A stretch of 32,000 bases of DNA from the NCBI RefSeq assembly GCF_000011465.1, contig NC_005072.1, positions 1,320,001 through 1,352,000 on the forward strand, in the 5' to 3' direction. Made by a program: the position numbers and the translations under genes. Below, piece by piece: positions 26,905 to 32,000 of the stretch; within the stretch, counting starts at the first letter, position 1, and every line of letters starts with the position of its first letter. The notes beneath the pieces were generated by a model. The model saw only the letters and a program-made list of their open reading frames with translations, did not search any database and was not told where the DNA came from. The DNA comes from Prochlorococcus marinus subsp. pastoris str. CCMP1986 (GTDB taxonomy: Bacteria > Cyanobacteriota > Cyanobacteriia > PCC-6307 > Cyanobiaceae).

Positions 26905-27029
26905 CGGTTTGAGGAACAATTAGGTACGGAAAGAGGACCGAATTATGAGACTGTTATTTAATTGTCATTCCTAGGATTAAAACATGGTTGTCATGAGGCA
27001 GTTGCAGGGATACAACTGAAGCCAACCAT
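26905..27029 (+). repeat. 125-nt intergenic element, copy C
   Basis: CGGTTTGAGGAACAATTAGGTACGGAAAGAGG...ATTAAAACATGGTTGTCATGAGGCAGTTGCAGGGATACAACTGAAGCCAACCAT. Confidence 0.8.
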
Positions 27030-27130
27030 AAATTATTTGAGATAAAATCGAGAGAGAGATATCACTCATCAATCAGTAAATATATGATTGACAGTCGATC
27101 TAAAATAAGGGGCAATTAGTTTTTTTGTTT

Positions 27131-27412
27131 ATGTCAATTGAAACAACTGTTTTAGATTTCAAATTAAGCAACACTTTTGAGGAATATCAGGCTCACATGA
27201 ATGCTCCTGAACAACAAGCCATGTTTAAAGAGATGGGAGTAAAAACCTTTTATATTGGTAAATCATTAGAAGACCCTAAAAGAGCAACCGTTATGTTTCA
27301 AGGACCAGTAAATACTTGTTACGACATCTTTGTTAACCCAGAAACAAAACCAATAGTTGAAGCCTCAGGTCATATTTATGAAGGGACAATAATTAATCGC
27401 TGGATTTCTTAA
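27131..27412 (+). CDS. DUF3764 family protein
   Basis: MSIETTVLDFKLSNTFEEYQAHMNAPEQQAMFKEMG...HIYEGTIINRWIS*. Confidence 0.85.
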   Translation: MSIETTVLDFKLSNTFEEYQAHMNAPEQQAMFKEMGVKTFYIGKSLEDPKRATVMFQGPVNTCYDIFVNPETKPIVEASGHIYEGTIINRWIS

Positions 27413-27449
27413 TAATTTTGAAACGCTTACTACGTGCACCACTTTATTA

Positions 27450-27623
27450 TTGACAGATAGCTATAAAGTATTAATGGAACTTGAGAAAGGAGAAATAATT
27501 GAAATTCCAGTAGAAAATCCTACTTATTTAACAAATGCAAAGCAACCAGAAATTGGGATTATTGTTTTAAGTTTTACTGTAGTTTTATTAGTATTGGCTA
27601 TCTATAATAGAAAGCGGCATTAA
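27450..27623 (+). CDS. Small membrane protein (TTG 27450 or ATG 27474 start)
   Basis: LTDSYKVLMELEKGEIIEIPVENPTYLTNAKQPEIGIIVLSFTVVLLVLAIYNRKRH*. Confidence 0.55.
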   Translation: MTDSYKVLMELEKGEIIEIPVENPTYLTNAKQPEIGIIVLSFTVVLLVLAIYNRKRH

Positions 27624-27691
27624 TACCGATATACAGAAAAAAATAATCATAGTAATTTTATCTTGATCTAACGGATCTAAGCTAAAAATCC

Positions 27692-27737
27692 AGAGATTGT
27701 TTCCTTTTAAAGGCGGGAGTGCAATCTCTTTTTTTTG
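27692..27737 (+). terminator. Terminator with nested hairpin
   Basis: AGAGATTG ...CCTTTTAAAGG... CAATCTCT TTTTTTTG. Confidence 0.75.
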
Positions 27738-27828
27738 TTAGCTTATTAAAAGTTAAAAGGTGAGATTACTCATAGAGATTCATAAAATTTATGCTTAAAT
27801 ATTCGAGATTCTTATTCAACTTATAAAT

Positions 27829-28188
27829 ATGGTTTACTCACAAGCAAAAGTTATTGCAGGTGGATTAGCTCATATCCCAATAGTCATATCAGTTTTTTAT
27901 TTTATAATGATATCTTTTAATATTAGAGCATTGGAATATGCTGAAGCGAATAAATCAATAAAACCAAAGTCAAATGTACTGGGATCAAAAACTGAAGCGA
28001 AGCCATTGATGGCTGTGAAAGCAGAAACGGAAGATGTAAAAGAAACCGAAGTTAAAGAAGAGAAAGCACAAGCTATAAAGGGAATCTCAAATAAGCTAGA
28101 AGAGATTGAAAAAAAAGCAGAAGATGTAAAAGAAAAAGTGAAGAAGAAACAGAAAGACAAGAAAAAAAAGAAGAAAAAAAAGATATGA
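27829..28188 (+). CDS. Membrane protein with long Lys/Glu-rich tail
   Basis: 119 aa; KEKVKKKQKDKKKKKKKKI C-terminus. Confidence 0.7.
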   Translation: MVYSQAKVIAGGLAHIPIVISVFYFIMISFNIRALEYAEANKSIKPKSNVLGSKTEAKPLMAVKAETEDVKETEVKEEKAQAIKGISNKLEEIEKKAEDVKEKVKKKQKDKKKKKKKKI

Positions 28189-28319
28189 ATAGGGATTAAC
28201 TATGTGAAAGGATTGTCATCCAATTTGCATTCCATTCATATGGTAGTTTTTGCTCAAGCATTTATGCTTTGGGGTTCTCAGCACTATATTTTTATATTCG
28301 ATAGGAGTATAAATAATTC

Positions 28320-28400
28320 AAGAGTCAAAAGCACTTCATCGACTTTGTGGACACTGAGGTGCATGACTTGAAGAGGGCGACAAGCCCTCTTATTTATTTA
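28320..28400 (+). ncRNA. Candidate small RNA 3' end: hairpin followed by terminator
   Basis: GCACTTC...GAGGTGC hairpin, then AGAGGGC gacaa GCCCTCT TATTTATTT; no ORF. Confidence 0.45.
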
Positions 28401-28680
28401 CTTATGACGATGTATCAGAAATATCAAATCACATAAATAAATACAATAATAACTTTGTATCAACATGAACTAAATAAATACGATCTAATATTGCTATAAA
28501 TATAAGCGTGGTTGATATTGGCATCGTTCCGCCGATATTACCGCCCGGATTGGTGGAAGCTTAATATATTCTATTATTTAACTGGTAGTACATTAGATTA
28601 AAACGAGGATTATTAGCAGTAACATAAGCACGTTTAATGCAACTCCTATCCGAAATAAAGTCCTATTATCTTCACCCTCA

Positions 28681-28830
28681 TCACTCATTTAAGCTATCCA
28701 TAAAGTGTTGTCTTCTGATCTTTTCAATCTCTTTAATCTTTTCCTGTAGCCATAAAATATTTTCTGATCTTTTTTTAAAATAAGAAATCTTAGGTTGATT
28801 GATTTCTAATGTTTCATAATCTCCACTCAT
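28681..28830 (-). CDS. Small hypothetical protein, 49 aa
   Basis: MSGDYETLEINQPKISYFKKRSENILWLQEKIKEIEKIRRQHFMDSLNE*. Confidence 0.6.
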   Translation of the reverse strand: MSGDYETLEINQPKISYFKKRSENILWLQEKIKEIEKIRRQHFMDSLNE

Positions 28831-29116
28831 AAATTCCCCCAAATTTATATTTCATTAAAACTCTAATTAGTGTATTTATTATTTTTACTAAGGAGAAAAT
28901 AAGAAAGAATTAATTTATGGTTAAAAAGAATCAACTGATCGCGAGAGAGGGAAATAAAAATATTTTCGAGAGGATTATAAACTTAAATTTTATTTTTCTT
29001 ATTCGTATCTTATTTAATTCTTAAAGAAGAGTTCAGTAAATCTTTTAAACTGAAATTAGATTCTATATTCGCCTCACACGAAAGATAGAAGCTTTCTCTT
29101 TTTGAAATAATTTGGT

Positions 29117-29317
29117 ATGACATATTTTGCAGAACCAAATTACATAGCATATGACCGGTGGTTTGATTCAAATATCAATCCAGTTGATTTAATTGACAAT
29201 TCAGATGAAAAAGAATTTAGTAATTTTGTTAATGAAAAATTCAATGATATTTCAAGTTTAAATATATTTATAGGTGCCTCACAACATAAACAAATAAATA
29301 TTTTTCCTTTTTTCTAA
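29117..29317 (+). CDS. Hypothetical protein
   Basis: 66 aa ORF MTYFAEPNYIAYDRWFDSN... Confidence 0.6.
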   Translation: MTYFAEPNYIAYDRWFDSNINPVDLIDNSDEKEFSNFVNEKFNDISSLNIFIGASQHKQINIFPFF

Positions 29318-29354
29318 TTTGCTTGCAGATTTAAAGCTTTCTTATATTTGATAG

Positions 29355-29756
29355 TTAAGCAGCTTTTTGATTTGATTCCTCTTGTTCAAAATTTGCTTTA
29401 TTTTCCTTAATCGCTGGATTAGCCCATTTTAATAATCTTATAGCTAATCTTAAATCCCCCTCTAACCAGGCTCTAATTGCTATTGCTCTTCTTGGATCAT
29501 AAAATTTTTGTTTTCTATACCAATAAAAAACATTTTCATCTGATTTGTTTCCATTACAAGTAAGACAAGCTGGAACACAATTTTCTGTTATGCTTAAGCC
29601 TCCCTTACTTTGTGGTAATAAATGATCAATAGATTCTGATGGTTTGCCGCAATATATACACCTTTTTCCTGTAAATGTATGGATAGATTTTCGCCAATAT
29701 CTTAATTTGATTTTAGGACATAAATCCTCTAAAAACACTGCATCATCAATATGCAT
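29355..29756 (-). CDS. HNH endonuclease
   Basis: CIYCGKPSESIDHLLPQSKGGLSITENCVPACLTCNGNKSD. Confidence 0.92.
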   Translation of the reverse strand: MHIDDAVFLEDLCPKIKLRYWRKSIHTFTGKRCIYCGKPSESIDHLLPQSKGGLSITENCVPACLTCNGNKSDENVFYWYRKQKFYDPRRAIAIRAWLEGDLRLAIRLLKWANPAIKENKANFEQEESNQKAA

Positions 29757-30042
29757 TAAGATTATTTAATTACTTCTATTTGTGCCTTATTAAATTTAAA
29801 AATAATTTAAGAAAAGTTTATCATTAACAATAAAATTTAAAGCGCTTACTAGTTGAACCGTTTTCTTATTGGCAGATGGTAAATAATTATTAGACCGAAA
29901 ACATAAAATATGGGCGAAAAAAGATGCCGCAACTTAATCACTTGTTCTAGGAAATTAAATTTAAAAAAATATGTTCATCAGTCTATGGAGATGCAAGAAA
30001 GGAATATGAGCAGTTATTGGAAAAGGATTTAAAAATCTGCAT

Positions 30043-30088
30043 TAAAAAGTGCTTGCCAGTATCACTATTGGCAAACACTCATGACGAT
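30043..30088 (-). repeat. Copy E of ATCGTCATGAG + hairpin element (terminator-like)
   Basis: Minus strand ATCGTCATGAGTGTTTGCCAATAGTGATACTGGCAAGCACTTTTT. Confidence 0.8.
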
Positions 30089-30212
30089 GTTTTTTGAAAA
30101 TCTAAACGAACATTTCTGTTGATGTAGTGATACTTAAAATTACAGAAATAAAGAAAATGTAAGGAACTACCTTAAAAGGAACATATCCTCGGCGTTTAGA
30201 AATAAAGTCCAT

Positions 30213-30368
30213 TTAGACGAATCCAGGAATAATTTGACCTGTTGTTAAATAAGCACCAATAGCAGCTATGAAGCCAATCATGGCAAATCTGCCGTTGAGC
30301 TTTTCTGCAACAACTTTTTCCTTCTCAACTGTTTTTGTTTCGAGAACTTTAACTTTTTTTGAGTTCAT
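30213..30368 (-). CDS. hli: High-light-inducible protein, 51 aa
   Basis: MNSKKVKVLETKTVEKEKVVAEKLNGRFAMIGFIAAIGAYLTTGQIIPGFV*. Confidence 0.93.
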   Translation of the reverse strand: MNSKKVKVLETKTVEKEKVVAEKLNGRFAMIGFIAAIGAYLTTGQIIPGFV

Positions 30369-30540
30369 AAGAAAAATAGATTGCTACGTAAACAAATATA
30401 ACATTAATATTACTTTCTGTAAAGAAATAATGCTATTTATCTTGGATTTTAGATATCTTAACACAATCCTGGCACAGTTATGAGTCAAAATATAAATATC
30501 CTTTATGTAGTTACCCTTTTAAAAAATTTCCCTTTCAGAA

Positions 30541-30580
30541 GCGGACTAATCCTTCGTGGAGTTTATGGACCTTAGTCCGC
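30541..30580. other. Strong intergenic stem-loop
   Basis: GCGGACTAA (30541-30549) pairs perfectly with TTAGTCCGC (30572-30580). Confidence 0.6.
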
Positions 30581-30756
30581 AATATATAAATAGCCTTTTA
30601 TTTAATATCATAAGGTAAGGAAAGTTTAAAAATTTTTTAAGATAACGAAACCTCCCTATTTTTGGGCAAGAAAATACCCTTGCGAGGTTAGATAATGGGG
30701 ATGAACTGGATTTTTAAAAGGACTCGTTTATATCTTCTTTAATTTTTTTAAAGATC

Positions 30757-30987
30757 TTAGTCGCAATACTTTCCAGAGCTAATAAATTCTGAATTTTGTG
30801 AAGTAATTCTTTCTAAGTTTTTGTTTAAATTTTTAGTTTGATTAGAAGCTAAATAAAATCCAATGGTTAAAAAAACAAGTGCTATTGAAGTAACTATTGT
30901 GCTTAACTGAAGAACCCCATCTGCCAAAATAGTTGGAGTTTTTGGAGATAAAATAGCTTTTCCCCCCTTCACTTTTGATTTTGCCAT
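30757..30987 (-). CDS. Small membrane protein
   Basis: 76 aa; MAKSKVKGGKAILSPKTPTILADGVLQLSTIVTSIALVFLTIGFYLAS. Confidence 0.65.
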   Translation of the reverse strand: MAKSKVKGGKAILSPKTPTILADGVLQLSTIVTSIALVFLTIGFYLASNQTKNLNKNLERITSQNSEFISSGKYCD

Positions 30988-31143
30988 AATCTTAATCTTT
31001 ACTTTTACTTAACTAATTGTTAACAATAGGTCGAAAATATTAATTTGTCAGCTAGTCACATTACCTATTTGGATGACTTAAGTATGATAAATACTCCTGG
31101 AACAATTACGAACAATTGGAGATAAGAGAAATAATCGTTTCAA

Positions 31144-31515
31144 TTAAAATTTAAGTTTTGTTTTTACTCTATTTTTATTTTCAGAATTAAATTTAAAAAG
31201 TCCCGAGTCAGTAAATATAGTCAATTCATCGCCATATGATTCCTGGATAGATAAACCTTCATCAGAATCTAAATTTTTAACAAATACATTTCCGACTAGT
31301 TTTAAAGTTCTCGCATCTTTGTCGTAAGTAAGCTTATTTGAGGAGGCTTCAAAATTATTCTTATTACTTTTGATAACTACATTTCCAATAGCTTCAAAAC
31401 TCCCTTTTACGTTTTGTATCTGAGAATCAGAGGTAACTGTATAATTCAGCTTCTCTTTTGCAAATGAAATTTCAGTTAAAAGTAATAGTAGCGGGGCAAA
31501 TAGTAAGCGTTTCAT
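31144..31515 (-). CDS. LptA/OstA-like periplasmic protein
   Basis: Signal peptide MKRLLFAPLLLLLTEISFA; SDSQIQNVKGSFEAIGNVVIKSNKNNFEASSNKLTYDKDARTLKLVGNV. Confidence 0.75.
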   Translation of the reverse strand: MKRLLFAPLLLLLTEISFAKEKLNYTVTSDSQIQNVKGSFEAIGNVVIKSNKNNFEASSNKLTYDKDARTLKLVGNVFVKNLDSDEGLSIQESYGDELTIFTDSGLFKFNSENKNRVKTKLKF

Positions 31516-31803
31516 TTATGGATCAAGCTTCGTTGTTAGTTGGCAAAAAGTAGCATTATTATTTTTGAGACATTTATTGTATTTTGTCTGTAAAACTTTT
31601 TGTGCTTCTTTCTTTATGCAAAGATCCAAGTAATTTTTTGCAAATTGAGTCATCCCAATTTCGTTATATTCTGCATATTTCAAACCTGGTCTTTTGCATT
31701 GAGAGACTATTTGTTTGTAAGTAGGTTCTTTATGAAAAAGATTTGCTTTAACAGCAGTAGGTAAAGCGACAACAGCTAAAAGTGGGAGTAGTAAGCGTTT
31801 CAT
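31516..31803 (-). CDS. Exported small Cys-containing hypothetical protein
   Basis: Signal peptide MKRLLLPLLAVVALPTAVKA; 95 aa. Confidence 0.7.
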   Translation of the reverse strand: MKRLLLPLLAVVALPTAVKANLFHKEPTYKQIVSQCKRPGLKYAEYNEIGMTQFAKNYLDLCIKKEAQKVLQTKYNKCLKNNNATFCQLTTKLDP

Positions 31804-32000
31804 TCAATCTTCTGCATCTTCAAATTCTCTTAGCAAACGAAAAGTTTTGGAAATAAAAGGAAAGATCCAAACAAACAAACCTACTACTGTTATCAAAGCG
31901 ACAAGAAAACCCAAAATTGCTAAGAATCCACCAGTTGCATCTCCTTCGTAAAAGCGATCAAGTCCAATTGGAGCACCAACTCCTAAAAGGAAGAGTCTTG
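31804..32000 (-). CDS. TM2-domain membrane protein, 5'-truncated by window edge
   Basis: RLFLLGVGAPIGLDRFYEGDATGGFLAILGFLVALITVVGLFVWIFPFISKTFRLLREFEDAED*. Confidence 0.8.
   Translation of the reverse strand, partial: RLFLLGVGAPIGLDRFYEGDATGGFLAILGFLVALITVVGLFVWIFPFISKTFRLLREFEDAED

Noticed and set aside
27897-28160. 87 aa minus-strand ORF rich in Phe/Ser
   Set aside because: Complement of a Lys/Glu-rich coding tail, which produces spurious open frames
29355-29756. HNH endonuclease as part of a defence island or homing element
   Set aside because: No methyltransferase, restriction subunit, toxin-antitoxin pair, intron or intein signal next to it; called only as a free-standing HNH gene
29910-30032. 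40 aa plus-strand ORF MGEKRCRNLITCSRKLNLKKYVHQSMEMQERNMSSYWKRI
   Set aside because: Another frame over the same bases (ICSSVYGDARKEYEQLLEKDLKICIKKC...) looks more protein-like but lacks a start; neither is solid enough to call
1-32000. CRISPR array, tRNA, rRNA or insertion sequence
   Set aside because: Reading through, no regularly spaced direct repeats, T-loop GGTTCRA motifs in cloverleaf context, or transposase motifs were seen; not tested computationally

Overview
AT-rich, intron-free bacterial chromosome segment. Gene content (many hli genes, DUF3764, DUF1543, DUF1651, DUF2839, very short conserved-looking membrane ORFs) suggests a high-light-adapted Prochlorococcus-like picocyanobacterium; that assignment is inference. 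Recognisable larger genes: DUF805 protein, RRM RNA-binding protein, NAD-dependent epimerase/reductase, two fatty-acid desaturases, a LOG/TIGR00730 protein, HAD hydrolase, SRAP protein, DUF938 methyltransferase, LptF/G-type permease, 2OG-Fe(II) oxygenase, cupin-like proteins, HNH endonuclease, LptA/OstA-like protein and TM2-domain protein. About 8 hli genes occur as a two-gene cassette, a chain of overlapping genes and singletons. I see no CRISPR array, tRNA, rRNA, transposase or clear phage module. The strongest unexplained signals are non-coding: (1) a dispersed element, (ATC)GTCATGAG followed immediately by a hairpin, at five places on both strands, three sharing the 11-mer ATCGTCATGAG at 3' ends of transcription units; (2) a 125-nt element present twice in opposite orientation with a conserved nested hairpin, containing two of those five sites; (3) small proteins with a CP12-like C-terminal cysteine motif and a twin-CX3C protein; (4) truncated copies of an MKRLL signal-peptide gene start; (5) a DUF3764 paralog with one in-frame TAG.
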